From Oculatellaceae cyanobacterium bins.114 (GTDB taxonomy: Bacteria; Cyanobacteriota; Cyanobacteriia; Elainellales; Elainellaceae), in contig JANRJA010000075.1 of NCBI GenBank assembly GCA_033764315.1, forward strand, positions 64,001-128,000: DNA of 64,000 nucleotides. The letters run 5' to 3'. Shown one piece after another: positions 19,742 to 30,393 of this stretch. The notes beneath the pieces were generated by a model. That model worked only from the letters and a program-made list of their open reading frames with translations, was not told where the DNA came from and did no database searches. Each line of letters starts with the position of its first letter. The first letter of the stretch is position 1. The position numbers and the translations under genes are program-made.

Positions 19742-20137
19742 ATGAATAAGAAAAAGAAAATCGAACCTCTAACAGGTGAGGCACTCCTGTCTAAAGTTAA
19801 ACAACTGGAGCACCTCAGTAAAGAAGAAAAGGCAAAGGAGTGCGGTTATTACACCGTCACCAAAAATGGTATTGAACGCGTCAATATGATGAAATTCTAC
19901 AACGCGCTCCTTGAGGCCAAAGAGATTGAGCTAGATGGAAAACAATCTAGTAATGGACGAGGAGGGCGTAGTGCCAGCTATCGTATTACTGTTCAATCAA
20001 ATGGCAACTTATTGATTGGTTCTGCTTACACAAAGCAAATGGATCTGAAACCGGGAGATGAGTTTGAAATTTCCCTTGGTCGCAAGCATATTCGGTTAAA
20101 GCAGATTGATGGCGAGGAGTTAGGAGAAGAAGAGTAA
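19742..20137 (+). CDS. cyanobacterial AbrB-like regulator (cyAbrB)
   Basis: LTGEALL...AKECGYY...ASYRITVQSNGNLLIGSAYT...GRKHIRL. Confidence 0.95.
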   Translation: MNKKKKIEPLTGEALLSKVKQLEHLSKEEKAKECGYYTVTKNGIERVNMMKFYNALLEAKEIELDGKQSSNGRGGRSASYRITVQSNGNLLIGSAYTKQMDLKPGDEFEISLGRKHIRLKQIDGEELGEEE

Positions 20138-20598
20138 TCTAACGGGTATTGCAGCAATTTCTGAATTTAGAAGGCTTCCTCTCAGGTGGAAAAACTTGGG
20201 AGGATTTGTTTTAGCAAATAATCAAAGTGAAATCTTAAATCTAAGTCTCCTAAAACGCTCAAACAGTATTTTTTGCTCAAGGAATTAACTTTTCAAGCAC
20301 TTCAATTCTATTTTTGGTGCGTTCGTTAATAGGGTCATTCTGCCTGATTTGTGAGCGGTGCTACACAGAAATGCGTGGGAATGTTTTGGGGAGACTGAGT
20401 ATACCAGCCCCATCGCTACATTAAGATGCTTGGCTCACCTGTTCAAAGTTCGGTTTCGCTAACGTGCTATTTAAATACTTGGGAGCATCACGAGATTAAG
20501 GTGTCCTATTGATAGGCAAAGCAATCGGTCAAAAATCGTGTCAGTCTAATCATCATGGGAAGGGTCTGCCGTCACACACAAACTTGGCTTAAACCGCT

Positions 20599-21840
20599 AT
20601 GAATAAACAAAAAGAATTCAAAACGGGTATTCAGTGGTTGATTGGGTCAGGTGTTCTCGCTGGAATTAGTGTGATCAGCTGGTTAGCCTATGGTTTGTGG
20701 TTCAATCATTCTCCTGAGCCGATACCTGTGCGTTTGATGATGGTTGAGCGAGATACGGTTGAAACGACAATCAATGCCAGCGGAACGGTAACACTTAGAG
20801 GTCAGCAAACCCTGAAATCTCCAGCGGAGGGGGCTGTTGAGCAGGTTTTTGTGCAACCGGGCGATCGCGTCAGCCAAGGACAGGTGCTGCTAACATTGCG
20901 TAATCCTGAGCGACAAACGGCACTTGCTAACCAACAGGTCAAGATTGTTCAACAAGAGGTTGCTCTGGCGCGATATCGACAACGAATCACAGAAGCGCAG
21001 GAACAGTTAGTGTCTGATCGCGAACGTCTGCAACGCTTGAGTGCTCTAGCTGAGGCAGGGGCGATCGCTCGGACTGAGGCACAAGACCAGGAAGACAAAG
21101 TGCGAGCAACCCTGACTGATCTACGCACAGCCGAATCGGATGCCCGTAACGCCAGTCTTGAACTTGAAAGCTTAAAGCTAGAGAACCAACGGATTCAACG
21201 ACAGTTACAGGATACGGTGATTACTGCTCCAATTACAGGGATCGTGTTAGGGGTAAGTGTTGAAAATGGAGATGGAGTGGAGTTGCGCACTGAACTGCTG
21301 ACATTGGGCGATCCCACTCAAGAGTTAGTGCAGCTTCAACTCTCTACCCTGGATGCGGCTCAAGTCAAAATCAATCAACTGGCGCGAGTCAGTGTGATTG
21401 GCCCTAATCCTGAGGTGTTTACGGGACGAGTGCAAAGCCTTTATCCTCAAGCGATCGCCCCCTCTGAAAGCGATCAAGGGTCTGCCAATCAGTCGGATCA
21501 AGCGACTGTTCCAACCACGATTCGGTTAGATCAGCCCACTCAAACGCTGATTCCAGGTAGCCAAGTGAATGTTGAAATTATCTTAGAACGCCGACCCAAC
21601 GTGATTGCGTTGGAGGTTGAAGCCATTCAGCAAAGTGAAAAACCCTTTGTGTGGGTACGGGATGCAGAAGGCAAAGCCAGACAACGCCCAATTGTAGTGG
21701 GACTAGAAGGGTTAACCGAAATCGAGGTCACATCGGGATTGCAAGTTGGCGATGCAGTCATTTTGCCGTCTCCAGATGTAGTGTTAACGCCCGGTGTACT
21801 CACTGTTCCTGCTGATGCCACCCAAGAAACTGCTCCGTGA
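20599..21840 (+). CDS. efflux periplasmic adaptor (MFP, HlyD/MacA-like)
   Basis: N-terminal TM, biotinyl-lipoyl halves (VQPGDRV, ITAPITG), coiled coil. Confidence 0.9.
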   Translation: MNKQKEFKTGIQWLIGSGVLAGISVISWLAYGLWFNHSPEPIPVRLMMVERDTVETTINASGTVTLRGQQTLKSPAEGAVEQVFVQPGDRVSQGQVLLTLRNPERQTALANQQVKIVQQEVALARYRQRITEAQEQLVSDRERLQRLSALAEAGAIARTEAQDQEDKVRATLTDLRTAESDARNASLELESLKLENQRIQRQLQDTVITAPITGIVLGVSVENGDGVELRTELLTLGDPTQELVQLQLSTLDAAQVKINQLARVSVIGPNPEVFTGRVQSLYPQAIAPSESDQGSANQSDQATVPTTIRLDQPTQTLIPGSQVNVEIILERRPNVIALEVEAIQQSEKPFVWVRDAEGKARQRPIVVGLEGLTEIEVTSGLQVGDAVILPSPDVVLTPGVLTVPADATQETAP

Positions 21841-21906
21841 TAGCGATAGTGTGTGGATAGCGATAGTGTGCGGATAGCAATAGTGTGCGGATAGCAATAG
21901 TGTGCT
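21839..21906 (+). repeat. four tandem 17-bp repeats GATAGC(G/A)ATAGTGTG(T/C)G
   Basis: units start at 21839, 21856, 21873 and 21890, with no spacers. Confidence 0.93.
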
Positions 21907-21924
21907 CATTTAAGAGTTGAGTTT

Positions 21925-23103
21925 ATGAGTCTTGCCCCGATCGATCTAATAAAATTGACGTATCGTTCTCTGAGTGGCAACCCGCTTCGCTCGGTGTTAA
22001 CCACGCTGGGGGTTTTTATGGGAGTAACTGCGGTCAGTGCCACATTGCAGGTGGGGCATATTAGTCAAGCGGTGATCGCCCGACGCCTTGCCACTAGGGA
22101 AGCTCCTCACACGAGTTTGTATCCCGAATGGCAACCCAATCGGGTGCGCTTACAGCAAGATGACCTCGAATTTTTGCGGCAGCGGTTGCCAGGTTTGCAA
22201 TCTATTAGTGCTTTAAACTGGTCACGATCGACTGAGGTTGTTTTTCAAGACCAGATTGCCCAAACGGATGTTGTCGCTGTTACTCAAGATTTTCTTTTTA
22301 CCACCGGAAATCCTGTGATTGCAGGGCGATCGTTTACTCCGGCTGACTATGCCAGCTATCGTCCTGTGGTGATTATTGATGAGTTATTGGCTTCTCAGCT
22401 CTTTGTAGACCAAAACCCCGTTGGTCAACGGATTTATGCGAATCAACAACCCTATGTAGTTGTGGGAGTGGTGCAAACCAAGCTGAGAAATGATGAGGAG
22501 CCAACAGAGGGGCGATTGCTGATGACCAGTGCCTTTAACAATGCCCTCACTGGACGACGCGATGTTGGCAGCATTCGGTTGCGTCCCTATCGCTTGGATG
22601 ACTTAGAAAAAATCGGTGATCAGGCTGAAGAACTATTGATGCAGCGTTTTCCAGGGCAACGGTTTGACCAATGGAACAATGTTGAAGATATTCTGGAGCA
22701 GCGACAAGTTTTAAAGTTGACCTCGCGATCGCTAGCGGTTGTGGGGGCGATCGCTCTTTTAGTGGGCGGAGTGGGCATCGCCAACATCATGATCGCATCG
22801 GTTACAGAACGCACGGCTGAAATCGGCTTGAGGCGAGCCATTGGGGCTACCCGCCACGAAATTATGATGCAATTTATTTTAGAGGCAGCCCTGCTCAGCT
22901 TATTAGGTGGGAGTTTGGCGATCGTCACGGTGCATGGATTAACCTCGGCGGTCTCCGAGCGATTTCAATTGCCTTATGAATTTGATGGCACGGCTACAAG
23001 CATTGCCCTGGGATCAGCCCTGTTGGTTGGCATCGGAGCCAGTTTTGCTCCCGCTCTGCGAGCCAGTCAAATTGATCCTGTAAAAGCTCTGCGATCGCAA
23101 TAA
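21925..23103 (+). CDS. ABC transporter permease (MacB/FtsX-like)
   Basis: RSVLTTLG, GGVGIANIMIASVTERTAEIGLRRAIGA, DPVKALR. Confidence 0.92.
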   Translation: MSLAPIDLIKLTYRSLSGNPLRSVLTTLGVFMGVTAVSATLQVGHISQAVIARRLATREAPHTSLYPEWQPNRVRLQQDDLEFLRQRLPGLQSISALNWSRSTEVVFQDQIAQTDVVAVTQDFLFTTGNPVIAGRSFTPADYASYRPVVIIDELLASQLFVDQNPVGQRIYANQQPYVVVGVVQTKLRNDEEPTEGRLLMTSAFNNALTGRRDVGSIRLRPYRLDDLEKIGDQAEELLMQRFPGQRFDQWNNVEDILEQRQVLKLTSRSLAVVGAIALLVGGVGIANIMIASVTERTAEIGLRRAIGATRHEIMMQFILEAALLSLLGGSLAIVTVHGLTSAVSERFQLPYEFDGTATSIALGSALLVGIGASFAPALRASQIDPVKALRSQ

Positions 23104-23120
23104 AAAAGGAGAGTAAAAAC

Positions 23121-23229
23121 CCCGTGTGCGACTTTCCCCAGATCCCCGGTTGCTGTGACGCAAATCAGACTATTTTGAGGATGCTGAACGAGCAACCGGG
23201 GATCTAAACCTCTAAATTACCCATCGCGT
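23121..23229 (-). repeat. about 109-bp interspersed repeat with internal AGATCCCCGGTTGCT/AGCAACCGGGGATCT inverted repeat
   Basis: reverse complement nearly identical to 62399-62507; diverged copy at 29004-29112. Confidence 0.9.
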
Positions 23230-23252
23230 AAGTAAAAAGAAACAAATAATGC

Positions 23253-23456
23253 TCAGGCGATCGCCACTGCATTTCCTGCTAACCGACATAACCGAGTATT
23301 TTGCCCAGTTACGAGGGTCAACGCAAACAGCTCAACTTCCCAATGAGAAGCATATTCTTGAGCAAACTGAGTGGCAACTGCTTCAGAAGCGGCATGAATC
23401 ACCAGTTCGTTTACCAATTCCATCGTTCCAGGGAGTGTAAATTCTGCGAAGTACAT
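23253..23456 (-). CDS. small hypothetical protein
   Basis: 67-aa ORF with AGGT RBS-like sequence and protein-like composition. Confidence 0.6.
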   Translation of the reverse strand: MYFAEFTLPGTMELVNELVIHAASEAVATQFAQEYASHWEVELFALTLVTGQNTRLCRLAGNAVAIA

Positions 23457-23645
23457 GATTACCTAAACAGGTGTATGGTTTTCAGAGCGTCGCTAAACCC
23501 TTGGATTTACTATTCCCAAGCTGAGAGAGAAAACCGAACGTCAGGCTTGCATGGCTAGATAATTTTACGAAAGCTGAGCGTAGCTTTATCTCTTCTTCAT
23601 GAGTATTACAGCTTTGAGGTGAAAATGTAAGGTTTTGATGAACTT

Positions 23646-24485
23646 TTACCCTCTGAAAAACAATTCTGTAGCAGGCCCTTCGTCTTGAGGAGGTAGACCT
23701 AACTGGGCAGATAGTTCGGTGTCATACAAAGCCTCTGTCCAATTACGAGCAACTTTGATCTGCTCAGGCGTGAGGTGCTCTGCGATACGCAAATCAGCCC
23801 CTTGCAAATTGGCTCCTAACAAATTGGCTCCTTTTAGATTAGTCGCTCTTAACTTAGCATCCGTCAGATCTGCTGCCTTGAGGTTTGTGTTTTCAAGATT
23901 GGCCCCCAGCAAATTTGCCTCCAGCAAATTAGCGGCTCTCAGGTCTGCCTTTTGCAGGTCAGCTCGTTGCAGGTTGGCTCGGCAGAGGTTGGCGGCTCTC
24001 AGGTCTGCCTTTTGCAAATTTGCCTCTAGTAGGTCAGCTCGTTGCAAGTTGGCATTCAACAAGATGGCTTTTCGCAGGTTAATTTCACGCAGATCTGCTT
24101 TAGGAGCGTCAAGCCCTCGCAAACTGATGCCTTCTTCATTTAGATCTTGCAATGCTTGAATGCGGGCGTAACTGTTACGGCGACCGTGAGCTGCATCAAT
24201 CACTTTCCAAGCTTCATAGCGCGATCGCTTCTGGCGTTCGGGTCCCTCTTTAAAGTAAATAAAGACGGCAACTAGAATACTGACGCTTTCAATGATGTCT
24301 AGAAAACTATGAATTCCCAGCCAACTAATAAATGTTTTGCCAACTGGGGTGTTTTCTAACAACCGAATGATAGCTACTAAAAACAGCACTTCTAGAGCCG
24401 TAGGGAGGCGATTCAGCCAATACAGCACCCAAGCTCGACTGCGTTTGAGCCAGAGATACTTCTGTTCTGGAGATTCTTCCGTCAC
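23646..24485 (-). CDS. membrane-anchored pentapeptide repeat protein
   Basis: TM segments, YEAWKVI...ARIQALQDLN, A(D/N)Lxx repeats; GTG start overlaps the upstream stop (TAGTG). Confidence 0.88.
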   Translation of the reverse strand: MTEESPEQKYLWLKRSRAWVLYWLNRLPTALEVLFLVAIIRLLENTPVGKTFISWLGIHSFLDIIESVSILVAVFIYFKEGPERQKRSRYEAWKVIDAAHGRRNSYARIQALQDLNEEGISLRGLDAPKADLREINLRKAILLNANLQRADLLEANLQKADLRAANLCRANLQRADLQKADLRAANLLEANLLGANLENTNLKAADLTDAKLRATNLKGANLLGANLQGADLRIAEHLTPEQIKVARNWTEALYDTELSAQLGLPPQDEGPATELFFRG

Positions 24486-25939
24486 TAGCGACCTCTTGCA
24501 GGAATAGAGTGGGGTTGAACCCACGGAATAGTGGTATCAGTTGCCAAATATTGAGCCACAGCGCGGGCTCCGTTACGATTCAGGTGACTGGGATCTGCAA
24601 AATAATGGTTTTGAGTAGGCCATTGGTGCATTAAATCTCGAAACAGAAACCCTTCTCTAGCCGCTAATCGCTGCATATATTGCCGAAATTGTTGTTCATG
24701 AGCCGTCCGCACCGGGTCAAGATATTCCTGGGTCAGGGGCAAGCTCACAAATATTAGGGGAATCCGTTGACTGCGGGCAAATTGGGCAACGGCGATCGCG
24801 GCTGTGGTTTGTTCTCCCTCTAACCGAAAGGGAGTGTAGTTGCTGTCATAGCGACCTGAAACTCTTGGAAACTGACGATAATAAGTGGCTGGGTTGAACT
24901 CAGCGGGCACAGACTGAAAGCCACTGCCACTTAAATCAGCCGCAATAGGTGGATGGCTAGACCGCAGGGGCGGGATTGGAAGAATTGGTTCGGCGGGCGT
25001 CTGGTAGGGAGGAGGTTGCAGCAAATAGGACAACGAAGTACAAGATGAAGCTAAGCCGAACGGGTTTGGCTGAGATCCAGCAAGGGGGAGCAGATGGGTG
25101 TCCTCTGCCCCTACAGTAGGGGTAAGGGACGGCATCTCTAAAGCATGATTGAGTGGCTCAGCTTGATGTTGAGCATTGACATAAGCACTGTAGGCTGCCG
25201 CATAGTTCATTGCAGCAGGCGGAACAACACAAATTTCTTGCTCAAGCTCGATCGCTGGCAGAGGAATGTAGCGAATGGGGCGATCGCCTGTTGCTAGACG
25301 TTTATAACCTTCTGAGGCAAGGATGCCATTGTAAGTCAGGTCTATCCGCGCACTATTAAAGGCTCGTGATCCATCGGCCCAAATAATCAGACGTGGCAAT
25401 TGGTTAGGAGTCAGAACCCGACGCAGTAGCAAATCAACAACCTGTGCTGTTGCTCCGTTGACTCCAAAGTTGTAGATGCGGAGGTTGGAAAGCCCTCTCG
25501 CCGCTAATGCTTGTTGCAGAACCTCTGGATCGATCCCTTGGAGCGATCGCGAACTGCCCACGATCAAGACATCAGGGGGGCCGGAGGTAGCTAAATAATG
25601 GGCGTAAATCCGAATCTGTTGATCGAGTCGTTGGCTATTGAAAGTTGGAAAGTTAGGAACCAATACCACCGGGCTAAATTCTGGGAATGGTGTTCCTACA
25701 TCGTTTACTGCCGTTATCGAAGCTGACTGCGATATTGACGGTTGAGCAACAAGCGTCTGCTCCTGTGAGGAGACCCCTCTCGCCGCAGTGCTAAACAGCA
25801 GGGGCACCAAAAGCGCAATGATTGTCCCACTTTGTCTAACGATCGCCGCCAGAGATTTATCTGTAACCGTTAGACGGGGTTGTGTTGCTTGAGAGAGTAA
25901 CATCCTAAAGCTAGGAGAGGGAGTCTCCTGTGAGATCAT
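24485..25939 (-). CDS. DUF1574-like SGNH/DltD-like exported protein
   Basis: LIVGSSRS, YNFGVNGAT, FADPSHLN (SGNH-like S...DxxH). Confidence 0.75.
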   Translation of the reverse strand: MISQETPSPSFRMLLSQATQPRLTVTDKSLAAIVRQSGTIIALLVPLLFSTAARGVSSQEQTLVAQPSISQSASITAVNDVGTPFPEFSPVVLVPNFPTFNSQRLDQQIRIYAHYLATSGPPDVLIVGSSRSLQGIDPEVLQQALAARGLSNLRIYNFGVNGATAQVVDLLLRRVLTPNQLPRLIIWADGSRAFNSARIDLTYNGILASEGYKRLATGDRPIRYIPLPAIELEQEICVVPPAAMNYAAAYSAYVNAQHQAEPLNHALEMPSLTPTVGAEDTHLLPLAGSQPNPFGLASSCTSLSYLLQPPPYQTPAEPILPIPPLRSSHPPIAADLSGSGFQSVPAEFNPATYYRQFPRVSGRYDSNYTPFRLEGEQTTAAIAVAQFARSQRIPLIFVSLPLTQEYLDPVRTAHEQQFRQYMQRLAAREGFLFRDLMHQWPTQNHYFADPSHLNRNGARAVAQYLATDTTIPWVQPHSIPARGR

Positions 25940-26082
25940 AGCGGCTCAAATCACGTGTGAGAAGTGTAGAGTTAAAGCGGCGATCGCCCATTTACATCGA
26001 TCGCTCACATCATATGCAATGCATGCGATCGACTCACCTATTCTCATCAACGAGTTGCCCTATGGTCAACCATTCTTCTGGG

Positions 26083-27018
<936 letters not shown>

Positions 27019-27268
27019 TTAAAGTTAGAGCAGTAATCTCTCTGTAGGTTTAGAGCTGACTCTTGAAACACCCTTAGCTTAGATCATCCTGATACATCAG
27101 GCACAGCTTAAACACTGATTTTTCCAACACACAACACTTTCCGTGTACCCGTTTAGCTAAGTCAACCGTAAAATCGACTTTCTTAAAGAACTGGGCTAAG
27201 TCAATACCTTCTGTATTCAGCGATTGTACTGATCCCAGTCAGAAGAAAGATTAGATCAGCCTGTGTGA

Positions 27269-27282
27269 GTATCACATTCTAC
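27269..27282. promoter_or_regulatory. putative NtcA box upstream of hetR
   Basis: GTA-TCACATTC-TAC(A) fits GTA-N8-TAC. Confidence 0.45.
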
Positions 27283-27373
27283 AATCTATAGCCAAATCTC
27301 TAAAAACCAGTCAATATGCACCTAAATTAACTGAATTTGAGGGTAATTAGCAAAAAGCTGAGATCTGAGGTGA

Positions 27374-27571
27374 TCAGGACGTGCAGGGAGTTCGCCGACC
27401 ACTGCCTCGATGAAAAAGAGGTTGGTTAATTTTTTGTGCATCTGATAGCTCTCCCTGGTATGAGATGCCAGATGCGATACTACTTGACCCACAGTTCTGA
27501 TTTTCGGAATGATTCAAAATTAGTAGAGCGAAAAGCAGAGCTGCTGAAAGAATTGGGGTAAAAATTGACAT
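27374..27571 (-). CDS. patX: PatX-type RGSGR peptide precursor (HetR inhibitor)
   Basis: 65 aa; hydrophobic N-terminal signal-like segment, C-terminal QPLFHRGSGRR; immediately upstream of hetR. Confidence 0.9.
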   Translation of the reverse strand: MSIFTPILSAALLFALLILNHSENQNCGSSSIASGISYQGELSDAQKINQPLFHRGSGRRTPCTS

Positions 27572-27909
27572 GAGCAAGGTTCCGTCTCAAAGCATCTACC
27601 CCCTGATACGGAGTTTTCAAATAGCAATCAGGAAGATCTCTAAACGGAGTTATTTGGTGGTGTTTACGGATACCAGTCGCAAACCAGGAAATAAGAATTT
27701 AGTGAGGAGGTTCTCCTGATTCACTTGATTGCCTGATCCCGCAGAGGTTGCTCACTTTGCACTCAGATTTTCGCCAAATTTACGATACTATCCTCTTGAG
27801 ACGTTAACTGGATCGATATCCGTTGAGTCTTAGTCCAATCGGCGATCGCGGTATCAGGGGTATCAAAACCGTGGCTTTAACACCAAGTCGTAAATAAGAC
27901 GCAATTGTT

Positions 27910-28791
27910 ATGGCAAATGAGGAACATCTCAGTCTACTTAAGCAGGGTGTCAATAGTTGGAATCAATGGCGAGAAGACACTCCAACTGTCACACCTGACA
28001 TCAGCGGAGCTAATTTGAACCAGATGAACCTGAGCGAAGCTAACCTCAGCGGGGTAGATTTGCAACGGGTGATTTTGCATGGAGCTAATTTGACGGCAGC
28101 CAACCTACATAACGCCATGCTTGTGAATGCTGACATGAGCGGCGTTGAACTCAATGCGGCTAATTTAAGTAATGCCAACCTTAGCAGTGCAAATTTGTTT
28201 GGAGCTTATCTCAGTGGAGCAAACCTGAGTGGTGCTGACCTCAGCGATGTTCAACTCAATCGCTCTGATCTCAGCGGGGTTAATCTCAGCGGAGCAAACC
28301 TTAGCCATGTCAATTTATTAGGGGCTGATTTGAGCGGCGCAAACTTGAGCAGCACAATATTAAGTCATGCCGATCTCAGTCGGGCTGAGTTAAGTCGTGC
28401 AGAACTTAAGCAAGCTGATCTCAGTGGAGCCAACTTGAGTGAAGCTCGATTGATGGGTGCTAATTTAAGTGAGGCTATTTTAAGTGAGGCAAATCTGAGC
28501 CGTGCTCGGCTCAATCGGGCTGATTTAAGTGATGCGACGTTGGTTGGTGCAAAGTTGGTGGGAGCAACATTGGTTGGGACTAAACTCACCCGCGCCAAAC
28601 TGAGCAATGTCGATTTAAGTGGCACAAACCTGAGTGGAGCTAACTTGAGTAGTGCCGTTTTGAGTGACGCTAACTTTAAAGATGCCAATCTTAGTGGTGC
28701 CAACCTTAAAGATGCACATTTAGAAAATGCCACTCTAGAGGGGGCCGACCTGAGCCAGGTAACAATGCCCGATGGCAGCGTTCACGACTAA
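27910..28791 (+). CDS. pentapeptide repeat protein (almost entirely Rfr repeats)
   Basis: MANEEHLSLLKQGVNSWNQWR cap, long A(N/D)LS(G/x) array, C-terminal TMPDGS. Confidence 0.92.
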   Translation: MANEEHLSLLKQGVNSWNQWREDTPTVTPDISGANLNQMNLSEANLSGVDLQRVILHGANLTAANLHNAMLVNADMSGVELNAANLSNANLSSANLFGAYLSGANLSGADLSDVQLNRSDLSGVNLSGANLSHVNLLGADLSGANLSSTILSHADLSRAELSRAELKQADLSGANLSEARLMGANLSEAILSEANLSRARLNRADLSDATLVGAKLVGATLVGTKLTRAKLSNVDLSGTNLSGANLSSAVLSDANFKDANLSGANLKDAHLENATLEGADLSQVTMPDGSVHD

Positions 28792-28893
28792 GGTTTTTTC
28801 CTAACCCGTTGATATCCATCTCAAGACAACAAGGGGCTTAAAGCCCCTCATCTTATATAAAGTGTGTGCCCTTAGCTCCAACATTGATCTAGA

Positions 28894-29000
28894 TAACGTC
28901 AGTGCGAAGTCCCTGGCTCGTCTGAGCATCGCCAAACGTTTGATCTCACGCCGAACTCTGCGGTTTCAACCGCCGAAATCCTGATCCCAAATTCGCATTA
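28894..29000. repeat. internally deleted TAACGT-type MITE-like element
   Basis: TAACGTCAGT left end; right end GCGGTTTCAACCGCC.AAATCCT.ATCCC.AATTC matches 16310-16350. Confidence 0.7.
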
Positions 29001-29003
29001 GAT

Positions 29004-29112
29004 ACGTGATGTGCAACTTAGAAGTTTAGCTCCCCGGTTTCTCGTGGAGCATTCTTAAAGGGGTCTGACAACCATCACCAAAAACCGGGGATCTGGAGGA
29101 AATCGCACACCA
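29004..29112 (+). repeat. diverged copy of the 109-bp CCCCGG/CCGGGG repeat
   Basis: GATGTGCAACTTAGA.GTTTAG.TCCCCGGTT...AACCGGGGATCTGG.GGAA.TCGCACAC aligns to 62399-62507. Confidence 0.8.
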
Positions 29113-29117
29113 GGTAT

Positions 29118-29294
29118 TAGAGGATATCTGAGAAGTTTTTGGCGGTTAAAACCGCGACTACAAGAACCAAGTCCGCCGTTGCGGACTCAAGCCAATCCAG
29201 GCTTTTTGTAACCTGCGGAGGCAGGTTTTGCTCATGTAGCTGTGACTTTAGTCGCCAATGCTACCTAAATCTAGCCTTTTAAGACACCCTCTTA
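29118..29294. repeat. MITE-like element with TAGAGGATATCT / AGACACCCTCTTA ends
   Basis: imperfect TIRs; internal GGCGGTTAAAACCGC and GTCCGC/GCGGAC hairpins. Confidence 0.65.
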
Positions 29295-29329
29295 GATGGA
29301 TATTGAGGGTGGCTGTGTTTGTTGCTGAA

Positions 29330-29857
29330 TTAAGCAAGTTCAGAGGTTGCAATTGTGCCATCGGGCATGATGGTTTGCTCAAAAATCGCTTTGCTCAAAT
29401 CAGTGTCAGATAGGTTGGCGTCTTTAAGATTTGTCCGACTCAAGTTAGCAGCGGCTAAATTTGCTCCGCTTAAATCGGCTCCTACGAGACAGGCTCCACT
29501 CAGATTAGCCCGACTCAAGTTGGCTTTGCTTAAGTTGGCTCGCCATAGATTGGCATCTGTGAGATTAGCTGCACTGAGGTCAGCCCGATTGAGTCGAGCA
29601 TTATTAAGATTTGCACTCTTTAAATTACTGCTGCTTAAGCCTACATCTGCTAACCAGGCTCCAGCAAAATTGGCCTTTTCGAGGTTGGGAGCAATGATCT
29701 TGATTTGCCCTGCTTTAAAAACAACTCGGGTAAACGTGCGCTTGCCTTTGGCGTATTGCTCGATAATGTAAGGCACCGAAATGGGGGCGATCGCTTCTGG
29801 CTGTTCTAGCGGTAAAGAATTTGCTGGTGTTGCGAGGTTTAAGTCGGAATTTTGCAT
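29330..29857 (-). CDS. pentapeptide repeat protein
   Basis: YAKGKRTF cap, ANL repeats, TIMPDG end. Confidence 0.88.
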   Translation of the reverse strand: MQNSDLNLATPANSLPLEQPEAIAPISVPYIIEQYAKGKRTFTRVVFKAGQIKIIAPNLEKANFAGAWLADVGLSSSNLKSANLNNARLNRADLSAANLTDANLWRANLSKANLSRANLSGACLVGADLSGANLAAANLSRTNLKDANLSDTDLSKAIFEQTIMPDGTIATSELA

Positions 29858-29979
29858 AACACTACGGCTTTAGAGTCCAATTATTTATTCAGCCGAGTGC
29901 AGATACAATCAGGTCTCTCCTTATAAGCAACTCAGCGGAATTGATTAAGCAAACACCGCAAAGTATTGTAATGCTTGTG

Positions 29980-30102
29980 TTAAGCAACAGGTTTAATGAC
30001 GAACCACTGACCCGTTTTGGGATCACGGTACGTGGTGAATGGATTGGTCTTGAGTTGGCGTTTCATGGACTTGTTTGGGTTGAGATAGGCTTGTGAGAGC
30101 AT
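29980..30102 (-). CDS. small protein, 40 aa (…TNPFTTYRDPKTGQWFVIKPVA)
   Basis: ATG at 30102 preceded by GAGGA; alternative ATG at 30066. Confidence 0.55.
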   Translation of the reverse strand: MLSQAYLNPNKSMKRQLKTNPFTTYRDPKTGQWFVIKPVA

Positions 30103-30393
30103 GGCTGACGTCCTCATTAATCCTGGTTCAACGAGGCTAAATTCATTTGTATAGCGGGCAAGACAGGGGATATAAGGGGGGTGAGGGCTTGCGAGGACCA
30201 AGGGTAAAACTTTTGCCCCCGCTCTAACCAACTCTTGAGTGGCTATATTTCAGCGATCGCACCTAGACGATCGCTATACTTCTATATTTCCTCTAATACG
30301 TCAAATGAGGTGTGACTCAACAGAGATCGTTTGGTGACGTCATCGCTCAATTTGGGTGATGGCTGTGACAGCTACTCGGTGACAAGATGCACG

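Noticed and set aside
21839..21906. possible mini-CRISPR
   Set aside because: The 17-bp units are contiguous with no spacers, and there are no cas genes in the window.
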